Positions 13,572 to 23,300 of a DNA stretch of 64,000 bases are shown in pieces. Within the stretch, counting starts at the first letter, position 1. Every line of letters starts with the position of its first letter. The stretch is from Podarcis bocagei. Lineage: Eukaryota. The DNA lies in the NCBI GenBank assembly GCA_964188305.1, contig OZ076886.1; one strand, written 5' to 3'. Position numbers and translations under genes: made by a program. Below the pieces are notes generated by a model that had not been told where the DNA came from, searched no databases, and saw only the letters and a list, made by a program, of their open reading frames with translations.

Positions 13572-15719
13572 TATCCAATGCTAGACTCATTGAATTTGAT
13601 GGACATGACTAACTTACGGTCATTAATTTCAGTGGATCTACTCTGGGTAGGATTTTGTTGGATACAACTCATACGAATGTATTCAGCTGAGTCTTCTTCG
13701 GAATAGATCCATTTAAATCAATGGACTGGAAGTTAATCATGACCGTTAATTGCAATAAGTTTACTTTGAGTACGACTAGCATTGGATACAACCCAAACGG
13801 CTGATTCTTTGCTTTAGGCTAGGGCTACTTGGGGGTTGGAGGAAGTGTGTGACATGCATTGACATATACCCAGGTATTTGTAGTGATGGTGGAAAGGAAA
13901 GCTTGGGGGGGAGGAAGGAAAAATCAGTTGTATTACAAATACTGTAACATAGGCAGTACTGGGGGAGTGGGGGCAGGCACACATTTGTCGCCTCCTCAAA
14001 CAAGTACTTTACCCCCTCCATCCCCATTACTGGACCCCTCTGGTTACTTGAAGGAAAAGCATTTTTTACATCCCCCCTTCCATTTTACCCAAACTTCTGA
14101 GCTTATAATTGCTGTGCCCCTTTACTGCCCAGTTCTGCAGGACAATCATGCCAAGATATAGCTGCATGCAACAGAATTATTATTAGTAATAATTTATTAA
14201 TCGTCTTTTAACCACCATCTTAAGGTGATTTGCACCTTAATAAGATAATTAAAAACAGTTTAAAACACAAATACAACAAACACATTTAAAACTGGCATTC
14301 TGCTTCCTGGCAGAACCAACCAGGCACATTCTGGTAAGTGGAATAATGCTCCTACACACAAACACAATGCTCACCTGGGCAGCTCTCTCTGCCTCATCAG
14401 GAAAGCCTGGGTCACACACTGAGTGCAACAGGCATGAGGCATTACAGAAAGGCTCTGTTGACATACACTTAAGATGACTGCATTTCAAAGAGCAGAGCCT
14501 AAGGAGGCAGGTGTCTCCAAAGGGTGCTGACAACAGTGAGGAAAGAGATCTGGGTGGTAATTCCTGCCTGCATACACGTGGCCTTTCTGATGCTCTTAAT
14601 TTCTCTTCTTGGGTTGGGTCCTAGTAAAGCCCACATTTCAAGGGCTTCAGGTGCCTGTTTAAATGGGAATAAATGCAACTAGAGACTGTAGCGTTATGTC
14701 TTGTGGAGCTTTTTTGCAGCCCATTCCTCAAAGCACTTGCCCTGGCACAATTCCCCCTGAAATTTTACCTTGTACATTCTGCACTATTATATGTTACCTC
14801 TAGTCATTTTATATGATTCGTTTTTCCGAAAAAGGGAAATCATAACATCTTTGCTCTCTGTTTAGCCAAAACAAGCTGTTCAAGAATGTAAAATATACCA
14901 TTTTATTGGCACTGGCTTAGCAGTGAGTCAGTAGACTTCTTTGGGGGGGGGGAACCCTACAACTAAAATTGGATTCTAAGCTTCAAAAATTTATGACAAT
15001 TGCTCCTTCTTGTGGCTTGACTGTTGACATATAATTAATTTGGGATTTTGTCTTAAGGTTTCCTGTCTAGGTTTGTACCTGTCACAAAAATATCCTTGAA
15101 AGTTTATCTAACAGCTGGAGCACTGAGAAAGTCTATTGAAATGTAGCAAAGCAGACTAATGTTTGAGGCAGAAGGAAGTGTTCATAGCATGATGGAATTA
15201 AGGTGCAGAAAGAATATAACTTTCAGCTTACATCTAGGACCTTGGGCCAATGGCCGTTTTGTATCAGTAATTTGGAGGAGATTTTATCAGATTTATTGGC
15301 CTGCTGAAACTGAAAAGTACTTACTAATAGTAAGTACTATTAGTGTGAAGCTACCAGCTGCTAATGACAGTGGTTTTAAGAGTGTTGATATACCACCATT
15401 TGTATTTGGATAGCCATTAATCTTATACCCTACGTCAATGGTTCTCAAACTTTTTTCACTGGGCCACACTTTCATAATAAATATTTGCTCACACCACACC
15501 AATTGTTTCATTAATAAGAAATACATTGGAAAATACAATTCAGATTGTCCCCATCACTTTATGTTTTTGCTTTCATTATGAAAAGATAATCTATCCATAT
15601 TCTGTAAATAAATAAATAAATAAATAAATAGATAAATAGATAAATAAATAAATAATACTACAGTATACTGCACTGAAATGGTTAGATGTTTCTTTGATTA
15701 TTTGTGAACCTTCCTGCCA

Positions 15720-16245
15720 CACTTGGCATCCTCTCCAGCCACACTGGTGTGGCGTTCCATACCCTTTAATATCTATACGAAGCTGCCGAGTGGAGTCATC
15801 CAGAGATGTGGAGTGTGTTGTGATCAATATGCTAATGACATGAAACTCTATTTCTCCTTTACATCTATAAGTGTGGCAGTGGATGTGCTGTATCAGTGTC
15901 TCACTGCAGCAATGGAGTGGATGAGGGCAAAAAAAACCTGAAGCTCAATCCACTGGTGCACAGTTAAGGGGCATAGCTGAGTGAAGTTCAACCTGTTCTG
16001 GAAGGGGTTGCATTCCCCCTAAAGGAATGGGTATGCAACTTGGGGATACTCCTGAACCCATGGCTGTCACTGGAGACACAGATGGCCTCTGTGATTCAGA
16101 GTGCCTTCCATCTGACCCTATCTGGACAGGGACAACCTAGTTTCTTTCCATTGTCTATGCTCTGGAGAGCTCTAGGTTAGATTATTATGCCTTTGAAATC
16201 AGTTCAGAAACTGCAGCTGTAATGCAGAATTCAGTGGCCAGATTA
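15720..16245 (+). mobile_element. old L2 LINE, 5' part (RT remnant), interrupted
   Basis: Degenerate RT peptide FNIYTKLPSGVIQRCGVCCDQYANDMKLYFSF (YADD-like); ends in a QKLQL..QNSVARL-like sequence; continues at 22941. Confidence 0.8.
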
Positions 16246-16654
16246 TTGTTGTTGTTTTTTTAAATCATATTTATTAAGAGTTTTAGAATTACAGAAAAAA
16301 CAGAGAAGAAAAAGAAAGAGAAAAAAAACAAAAGAGAAACAATCCACAATCAAACAATACAAATTGATAAAAATCAAAATAAAAAAATAAAAACAAAGCA
16401 CATAACACAACACAATCAAAAGGCAAAAATAAGCCACAAAAATTTAAAAACAAATCCAATATTCTCAAATCCTTATCTGTCATTACCTTCTTTCTTTGAC
16501 CTTCTCACTCCTCCCTTTTTTGTATCCTAATTGTTAATAGTCACAGCAAATCCTTTCCATTTTTCATAATAGAATCATAGAATCATAGAATCATAGAGTT
16601 GGAAGAGACCACAAGGGCCATCGAGTCCAACCCCCTGCCAAGCAGGAAACACCA

Positions 16655-19576
16655 TCAGAGCACTCCTGACATATGGTTGTCAAGCCTCTGCTTAAAGACC
16701 TCCAAAGTAGGAGACTCCACCACACTCCTTGGCAGCAAATTCCACTGTCGAACAGCTCTTACTGTCAGGAAGTTCTTCCTAATGTTTAGGTGGAATCTTC
16801 TTTCTTGTAGTTTGGATCCATTGCTCCGTGTTCGCTTCTCTGGAGCAGCAGAAAACAACCTTTCTCCCTCCTCTATGTGACATCCTTTTATATATTTGAA
16901 CATGGCTATCATATCACCCCTTAACCTCCTCTTCTCCAGGCTAAACATGCCCAGCTCCCTTAGCCGTTCCTCATAAGGCATCGTTTCCAGGCCTTTGACC
17001 ATTTTGGTTGCCCTCCTCTGGACACGTTCCAGTTTGTCAGTGTCCTTCTTGAATTGTGGTGCCCAGAACTGGACACAGTACTCCAGGTGTGGTCTGACCA
17101 GAGCAGAATACAGTGGCACTATTACTTCCCTTGATCTAGATGCTATACTCCTATTGATGCAGCCCAGAATTGCATTGGCTTTTTTAGCTGCCGCGTCACA
17201 CTGTTGGCTCATGTCAAGTTTGTGGTCAACCAAGACTCCTAGATCCTTTTCACATGTACTGCTCTCAAGCCAGGTGTCACCCATCTTGTATTTGTGCCTC
17301 TCATTTTTTTTGCCCAAGTGCAATACTTTACATTTCTCCCTGTTAAAATTCATTTTGTTTGTTTTTGCCCAGTTCTCTAATCTGTCAAGGTCGTTTTGAA
17401 GTGTGATCCTGTCCTCTGGGGTGTTAGCCACCCCTCCCAGTTTGTTGTCATCTGCAAATTTGATCAGGATGCCCTTGAGTCCATCATCCAAGTCGTTGAT
17501 AAAGATGTTAAATAAGACCGGGCCCAAGACAGAACCCTGTGGCACCCCACTAGTCACTCTTCTCCAGGATGAAGAGGAACCATTGATGAGCACCCTTTGG
17601 GTTCGGTCAGTCAGCCAGTTACAAATCCACTGAGTGGTAGCAGAGTCAAGACCGCATTTTACCAGCTTCTTTACAAGAATATCATGGGGCACCTTGTCAA
17701 ATGCCTTACTGAAATCAAGGTAGGCTATATCCACTGAGTTCCCTTCATCTACCAGGCTTGTAATTCTGTCAAAAAATGAGATCAGGTTAGTCTGACATGA
17801 CTTATTTTTCAGAAATCCATGCTGACTATTGGTGATCACAGCATTCCTTTCTAGGTGCTCACAGACTGTTTGCTTAATGATCTGCTCCAGAATCTTCCCT
17901 GCTATTGATGTCAGACTGACTGGGCGGTAATTATTTGGGTCCTCTCTTTTCCCCTTTTTGAAAATAGGGACAACATTTGCCCTCCTCCAGTCTGCCGGGA
18001 CTTCGCCTGTTCTCCAGGAATTCTCAAAGATGACTGCCAGTGGTTCTGAGATCACATCTGCCAGTTCTTTTAATACTCTTGGATGCAGTTCATCTGGCCC
18101 TGGAGACTTGAATACATCTAAACTGGCCAAGTATTCTTGTACTATCTCCTTAGTTATTCTGGGCTGTGTTTCCTTTGCTGAATCATTTGCTCCAAATTCT
18201 TCAGGTCGGGCATTGTTTTCCTTATCGGAGAAGACTGAGGCAAAGAAGGCATTGAGGAGTTCAGCCCTTTCTGTGTCCCCTGTTTGCATTTCACCATCTT
18301 CTCCTCTGAGTGACCCCACTGTTTCTTTGCTCTTCCTTTTGCTACGAACATACCCATAGAAGCCTTTTTTGTTGCTTTTAACCTCTCTAGCAAGCCTGAG
18401 TTCATTCTGTGCTTTAGCTTTTCTGACTTTGTGTCTACACGTGCTGGCTATTTGTTTGAATTCCTCTTTGGTGGTTTCCCCCCTTTTCCATTTTTTGTAC
18501 ACATCCTTTTTTAATCTTAACTCAGTTAAAAGTTCTTTAGATAGCCACCCTGGCTTCTTTAGGCACCTTCCATGTTTCCCTCTCATTGGTATTGCCTGAC
18601 GTTGTGCTTTTAGTATCTCCCTCTTAACAAACTCCCAGCCATCATGAACTCCCTTTCCTTTTAGTATTACTGTCCATGGGATCTCACCCAGCACTTCCCT
18701 AAGTTTTATGAAGTCGGCTTTCTTAAAGTCAAGAAATTGAGTCCTAGTATGCTTGGCTGCTCCTTTCCGCTGTATAGTAAACTTCAGAAGAGCATGATCA
18801 CTCGCGCCTAATGATCCTTCCACTTCTACCCCACTAACCAGGTCATCAACATTGGTTAGGACCAGATCTAAAATGGCTGTTCCTCTTGTTGCTTCTCCCA
18901 CTTTCTGGACAATGAAGTTGTCTGCAAGGCCAGTGAGGAATCTGTTTGACCTTATGCTCTTGGCTGAGTTTGACGTCCAACAAATATCCGGGTAATTGAA
19001 GTCCCCCATTACTACTATCTCCCTTCCTTTTGCATGCTTGGCCATCTGTTCCAGGAAGGCATCATCTATGTCCTCCGTTTGGCTTGGGGGTCTATAGTAA
19101 ACTCCCACAATGAGGTCTCTGTTATTCTTCTCTCCCTTAATTTTGACCCAAATGCTCTCACATTGGCTTTGAGGTTCTAAATCTTGGATCTCTTCACAGG
19201 TATACACATCCCTGACATATAACGCCACTCCTCCTCCTTTCTTGTCTGGTCTGTTTCTCTGAAATAGATTGTATCCCCCCATTATTACATTCCAATCGTG
19301 GGACTTATCCCACCAGGTTTCAGTGATGCCTATTATGTCATATTTAGTTTGCTGTACCAAGAGCTCAAGCTCATCTTGTTTATTTCCCATGCTTTGCGCA
19401 TTAGTGTACAGACATTGAAGTCCATTAATCATTCCCCCGTGTCTCTTATTTAAGGATTTTTTCCTCCCACCACTAGGTCCGCGTGCTGTTTGCTCCATTT
19501 GGTCTATGACATTTGGATGATCATCTTCATTAATTGATAGACTCCTACCTTCAGGAGCACTGTCTCCCTCCCCCAC
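16655..19576 (-). CDS. CR1 ORF2: APE-type endonuclease plus reverse transcriptase
   Basis: 973-aa uninterrupted frame. APE motifs YTNAQS, ITETW, GDFN, LDLVL, SDH; RT motifs [30 protein letters not shown]. The listed start is GTG; the first ATG is at 19498. Confidence 0.95.
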   Translation of the reverse strand: MGEGDSAPEGRSLSINEDDHPNVIDQMEQTARGPSGGRKKSLNKRHGGMINGLQCLYTNAQSMGNKQDELELLVQQTKYDIIGITETWWDKSHDWNVIMGGYNLFQRNRPDKKGGGVALYVRDVYTCEEIQDLEPQSQCESIWVKIKGEKNNRDLIVGVYYRPPSQTEDIDDAFLEQMAKHAKGREIVVMGDFNYPDICWTSNSAKSIRSNRFLTGLADNFIVQKVGEATRGTAILDLVLTNVDDLVSGVEVEGSLGASDHALLKFTIQRKGAAKHTRTQFLDFKKADFIKLREVLGEIPWTVILKGKGVHDGWEFVKREILKAQRQAIPMRGKHGRCLKKPGWLSKELLTELRLKKDVYKKWKRGETTKEEFKQIASTCRHKVRKAKAQNELRLAREVKSNKKGFYGYVRSKRKSKETVGSLRGEDGEMQTGDTERAELLNAFFASVFSDKENNARPEEFGANDSAKETQPRITKEIVQEYLASLDVFKSPGPDELHPRVLKELADVISEPLAVIFENSWRTGEVPADWRRANVVPIFKKGKREDPNNYRPVSLTSIAGKILEQIIKQTVCEHLERNAVITNSQHGFLKNKSCQTNLISFFDRITSLVDEGNSVDIAYLDFSKAFDKVPHDILVKKLVKCGLDSATTQWICNWLTDRTQRVLINGSSSSWRRVTSGVPQGSVLGPVLFNIFINDLDDGLKGILIKFADDNKLGGVANTPEDRITLQNDLDRLENWAKTNKMNFNREKCKVLHLGKKNERHKYKMGDTWLESSTCEKDLGVLVDHKLDMSQQCDAAAKKANAILGCINRSIASRSREVIVPLYSALVRPHLEYCVQFWAPQFKKDTDKLERVQRRATKMVKGLETMPYEERLRELGMFSLEKRRLRGDMIAMFKYIKGCHIEEGERLFSAAPEKRTRSNGSKLQERRFHLNIRKNFLTVRAVRQWNLLPRSVVESPTLEVFKQRLDNHMSGVL

Positions 19577-19581
19577 ATTAG

Positions 19582-20610
19582 TCAGTTTAAAGCCCTCCTG
19601 ATGAGGTTTCTGAGATTTTTGGCAAAAACATTCCTCCCAACCGTTGTGAGGTGCAGCCCATCACTTGCCAGAAGTCCATCTTCAAGAAACTGCAGTCCGT
19701 GATCTAAGAATCCAAACCGTTCCTGTTTACACCATTTGCGAAGCCAGCTGTTCACTTCCACTATTTTCCCCTCTCTCCCTGGGCCACGTCGTTCAACTGG
19801 GAGGACAGACGAGATGACAATTTGTGCATTTAGTTGCTTCAATTTCCTGCCGAGAGCCTCGTAGTCTCTTTTGATCTTCTGGAGGCTATTGCTTGCAGTG
19901 TCATTGGTTCCCACATGAACCAAGAGGAAGGGGTATTTGTCAGTGGGTTTTATGATTCCTTGCAGTCGTTCAGTTACATCTTGGATCTTAGCCCCGGGGA
20001 GACAGCACACTTCCCGAGACATCTTGTCAGGCCCACAGATCACTGCTTCTGTTCCCCTCAGTAGGGAATCCCCTATCACCACTACACGCCTCCTCTTGGG
20101 TTTGGTCGGGGTTCTTCCGTGAGCTGTCCGTTCCAAGGTCGCCTGCACATTCCCTGAGGACTGACTTTGCTGCTCGTCTTCATATACCTGATCGACTGTA
20201 ATGAGGGAGAGATCCTCAAATGGAGTCTGCTCTTCGTCTTCCATGCTAGGGGAGAGGACCTCAAAGCGATTGTGTATTTCTAAACAATCAGAGTGAACCC
20301 TGGGCCTCCTACTTCTTTGAGTCACGTTTCTCCATATATCTGGCTCCTGTGTTGATGAACTAGCCTCCTTCTCAGGGGAGTCCCCTGTCTCCTCCTTGGT
20401 GGGGACGGTGTGCTCTGTTGCTTCCAAGAAGAGCTCCAGCTCTCTAATTCTTTGGAGCGTAGCTACACGTTCCTCCAGTTGCTGGACTTTGTCTTTTAAA
20501 AGGGCAATCAACATGCAATTGCTGCAGGTGAAGCTGCCTGCAACCTTTGGCAAGATGGCAAACATTGCGCAGGAATCGCAGGCGACTGCAGCTGTTCCCT
20601 CCCCTTCCAT
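19582..20610 (-). CDS. CR1 ORF1: zinc finger/leucine zipper plus SGNH esterase
   Basis: CDSC-x14-CSNC zinc finger, heptad [26 protein letters not shown] motif, SGNH blocks GDSLLR, LPGA, HVGTND, DGLHL. Start is probably the ATG at 20610 (MEGEG) or 20655. Confidence 0.9.
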   Translation of the reverse strand: MEGEGTAAVACDSCAMFAILPKVAGSFTCSNCMLIALLKDKVQQLEERVATLQRIRELELFLEATEHTVPTKEETGDSPEKEASSSTQEPDIWRNVTQRSRRPRVHSDCLEIHNRFEVLSPSMEDEEQTPFEDLSLITVDQVYEDEQQSQSSGNVQATLERTAHGRTPTKPKRRRVVVIGDSLLRGTEAVICGPDKMSREVCCLPGAKIQDVTERLQGIIKPTDKYPFLLVHVGTNDTASNSLQKIKRDYEALGRKLKQLNAQIVISSVLPVERRGPGREGKIVEVNSWLRKWCKQERFGFLDHGLQFLEDGLLASDGLHLTTVGRNVFAKNLRNLIRRALN

Positions 20611-20936
20611 CTTGAGATCGTGTTGTTGGGGGTGGCTACAGAGGTCCTCCATCATAAAAAGCTTGAAGACAGGACAAATAACTTCGCCCACAAAAAAAAC
20701 CCTAGGTCTCCCCCAACAAACGTTTGAGACTAGCTCCCCTAAATCTAAAAGATGGATATAACTGCGCGCGCCGCTAGGCGCGCGCCGCTGCCCTACAAAC
20801 TCTGATAAGCTCCTCCCACAGCTAATCCCCTGCCTCAACAGAAACCCTGCCCCCTCTGACCTTTACACAGGGAAAACAGCTAATCAGCCACAAGAAACAC
20901 ACACACACAAGAAAACCCTTTTTGCTCCTTCTTCAA

Positions 20937-21024
20937 CTGCTGCCCTGCAGCAGTTGAATAATATTCTGTCATTACATTACCTGCTGCCCTGCAGCAGTTG
21001 AATAATATTCTGTCATTACATTAC
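20937..21024. repeat. perfect 44-bp tandem duplication at the CR1 5' junction
   Basis: ctgctgccctgcagcagttgaataatattctgtcattacattac occurs at 20937-20980 and again at 20981-21024. Confidence 0.95.
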
Positions 21025-21297
21025 CTTAATCTATTTTAACCTTATCTTACTATAAAAGACCCTAAAACTTAAAACTTAGATCTTATTTATACCAATTTCT
21101 CATAGCCATAAGATGTTCTTACATAATTCTTTTAACATTTTTGCTAAAGTCAAATAATTTCATTCCAACATTTTTCTAACATTCATCAATTTTATAGGGC
21201 AATCCTAATAATTTTTTCTTCTTCCAATTTTCATCCAGCGTCTCTTCCTCCTGGTCCCGGGTTTTGTCAGTCCTTTCTATCTCATCAATCTAGCGCA

Positions 21298-21930
21298 TTA
21301 ACCTGGTAATCTTATGTCTGAGGCCCTTAAGTCTCTTCCATGTCCCTTCCGCGGCTCTTCTTCATATTTATACCTGTACTTTACTTTGTCTCCTGCTCCT
21401 TTCACTCGTGGGAACTCCAACTTGACAGTGTTTTTGACCCTTCTCGACAAATCAATCCCTTTTCCATAGTCCACACTAAACTCCATGTGGTATTTAAAAA
21501 CATGTTTCAAAGTCCCTCCAGAATTAAGAGCCCCCACAACCCCAAACATCTCACGGCCCATTGCCAGACTTGAAAAGTCCAAACATTTCTGCATAGGGGG
21601 GTCTATCCAACCCCCCATTTCCAAACCAAACCAGACTTTATCTTTCCAAATCTGGCTTTTTCCAAGTTCATTTGTCAGCTCCAAGTACTCATGTTTCTGC
21701 TGGGCCACAGCTCCCTCCATCTCTGGCGCCCGAGGTTCAACAACATCCTCTTCCCTCATCTGATCTGTCAGAGCACACTCCTGATTTGATTCCTGGGTGG
21801 GCTCTATATAGTTACCCACTACCTGTCCGAAATTTCCGATCGCAGCAGTCATCAAGTCCATCTTCTCATGTAGCTGTTCCAGTAGGGCACTTGTTTTGCA
21901 GAAAGCACTCATCAGAGCTTCTGAATACAT
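21298..21930 (-). CDS. 210-aa ORF of the L1-derived element (ORF1-like N-terminal coiled coil; function unknown)
   Basis: ATG-initiated open frame in the element's sense orientation; heptad-like LLEQLHEKMDLMTAAIGNF; acidic linker. Confidence 0.5.
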   Translation of the reverse strand: MYSEALMSAFCKTSALLEQLHEKMDLMTAAIGNFGQVVGNYIEPTQESNQECALTDQMREEDVVEPRAPEMEGAVAQQKHEYLELTNELGKSQIWKDKVWFGLEMGGWIDPPMQKCLDFSSLAMGREMFGVVGALNSGGTLKHVFKYHMEFSVDYGKGIDLSRRVKNTVKLEFPRVKGAGDKVKYRYKYEEEPRKGHGRDLRASDIRLPG

Positions 21931-22940
21931 TGTTCTGCAAGGTCAGAAGTCTATTCCCACGATCGTAATCTGTTGCAGCTGTAGAGCTCCCCGATTCAGA
22001 TTTAATAACAGTTTCACAGGCTCCCTCTAGGGGAAGAACTTCTATTTGTTATTTTCTTTTAGAGGCAGATCTAACAACAAAGTTTCCTTTTTCAGATATT
22101 TTGTCAATATTTGTTCCTTTAAAATGCAGAGGGGAACAATGGAATCACTATGTTTCTCTTCTTTTAACTATCTGTCAAAGACGTTTGTCTCTGGTCAATG
22201 AGCTTCCCAAAGAACGTCAGTCCTGACACCCGCTCCCAGGATCAAGACGGTGGAAAATTACTTTGCTTTACACTCTTTCTGCAGGTTTAAACAGTCCAGA
22301 AAAAAATCCCCCCTCTTCTCCTGCTTCCGAAAGGGGTTCAACAATTTTGAATGATGAAAGTTAATCCTTTATAAGCGATTTTCTGAACTCCATATCTTTG
22401 CTTTTATCTATCTACAAACTACCATATAGCTTTAATCTGTCTGAACTACCATATCTTTGCTTTAATCTATCTACAAGAAACGGAAGGCTGACTTCCTGTT
22501 TAGACCTTCCCGTTTCAGTGCCAAATTGAGATGAATTTCTTAGTCCAATTTTCCTTTCTACTTGCAGATCATTATTCAAAGTCCAATTGTCCGAAATTAA
22601 AGTACTCACGGGTAATTGTTTTAAAAGCCAAATTGTCCCAGGAAAAAGGCAGCGCTCTCCGGCAACGGCTGTGCGGCTTCGCTCCACGGAAGAAGCAGTT
22701 GATTCTCAGCACCGCGCCACTTCCCCCTCTTCTCTCCGGAGCCCGTAAATGGGTTCCTTTACGGGTTGGGGGGCGCTAAAGGTGCCCGCCGAGTCCCATG
22801 GTCACAGGCTTCATCCGCCTGTGGTTTGTGAAAGGGTCCCCGCTTCGCCGTAGCGGGAAAGACCCATTTTCCGTGGAGCTGGTCCCTCTGGATCAGAGGG
22901 AGTCCGCCATTACCGATGGTGCCACCCCGGAAGTCCTCTC

Positions 22941-23300
22941 CAGTGGCCAGATTAGGACCAGAACCACTGAGCACTTTGCATTGATTCTGACCTACTGCAC
23001 AATTAGTTTCTGGACTCGGTTGAAAGTGCTACTTTTGACCTGTGAAGCCTTGTGTGTCTCAGAACCTCAATATCTCAGGCACCACCTCTCCTTATGTAAA
23101 CCAGCCCAGGCTCTGCAATCTTCATCAGCAACCCATCTCCCGCTGCCACATGCCAGGAAGGTGGGGAGGATGACTGCACAAGACCAGGCTTTTTCAGTGC
23201 TCCCCTCTCCTCATGTGAAATGCTCTCCTGGCACCAGGCTTGCCCATTTTTAGGTATCAGGATAGGGTGTTTTTATTTATCCAGGCTTAGATGGTTAAGT
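22941..23300 (+). mobile_element. old L2 LINE, 3' part
   Basis: Peptide ISFWTRLKVLLLTCEALCVSEPQYLRHHL...QAFSV is L2 C-terminal-like and colinear with the fragment ending at 16245. Confidence 0.75.

Larger units (their letters stand above)
16572..20958 (-). mobile_element. full-length CR1 LINE with both ORFs open
   Basis: 5' UTR, ORF1, ORF2, short 3' UTR with cctgcttggcagg hairpin and (ATTCTATG)n octamer tail; probable short TSD ataata. Confidence 0.95.
16246..22940 (-). mobile_element. non-autonomous L1-derived (HAL1-like) element, ~2.3 kb, interrupted by CR1
   Basis: Perfect 14-bp TSD cagtggccagatta (16232-16245 and 22941-22954); 5' end GAGAGGACTTCCGG...ATGGCG; CpG-rich 5' region; one 210-aa ORF; T-rich 3' UTR; AATAAA at 16270-16275; A7(CAA)3 tail. 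Confidence 0.75.

Noticed and set aside
16995-20761. Plus-strand ORFs inside the CR1
   Set aside because: Antisense shadows of ORF1 and ORF2 with no independent evidence
20656-20838. N-terminal extension of ORF1 in the ORF track (418 aa)
   Set aside because: Relies on a non-ATG start in the 5' UTR; the first ATGs are at 20655 and 20610
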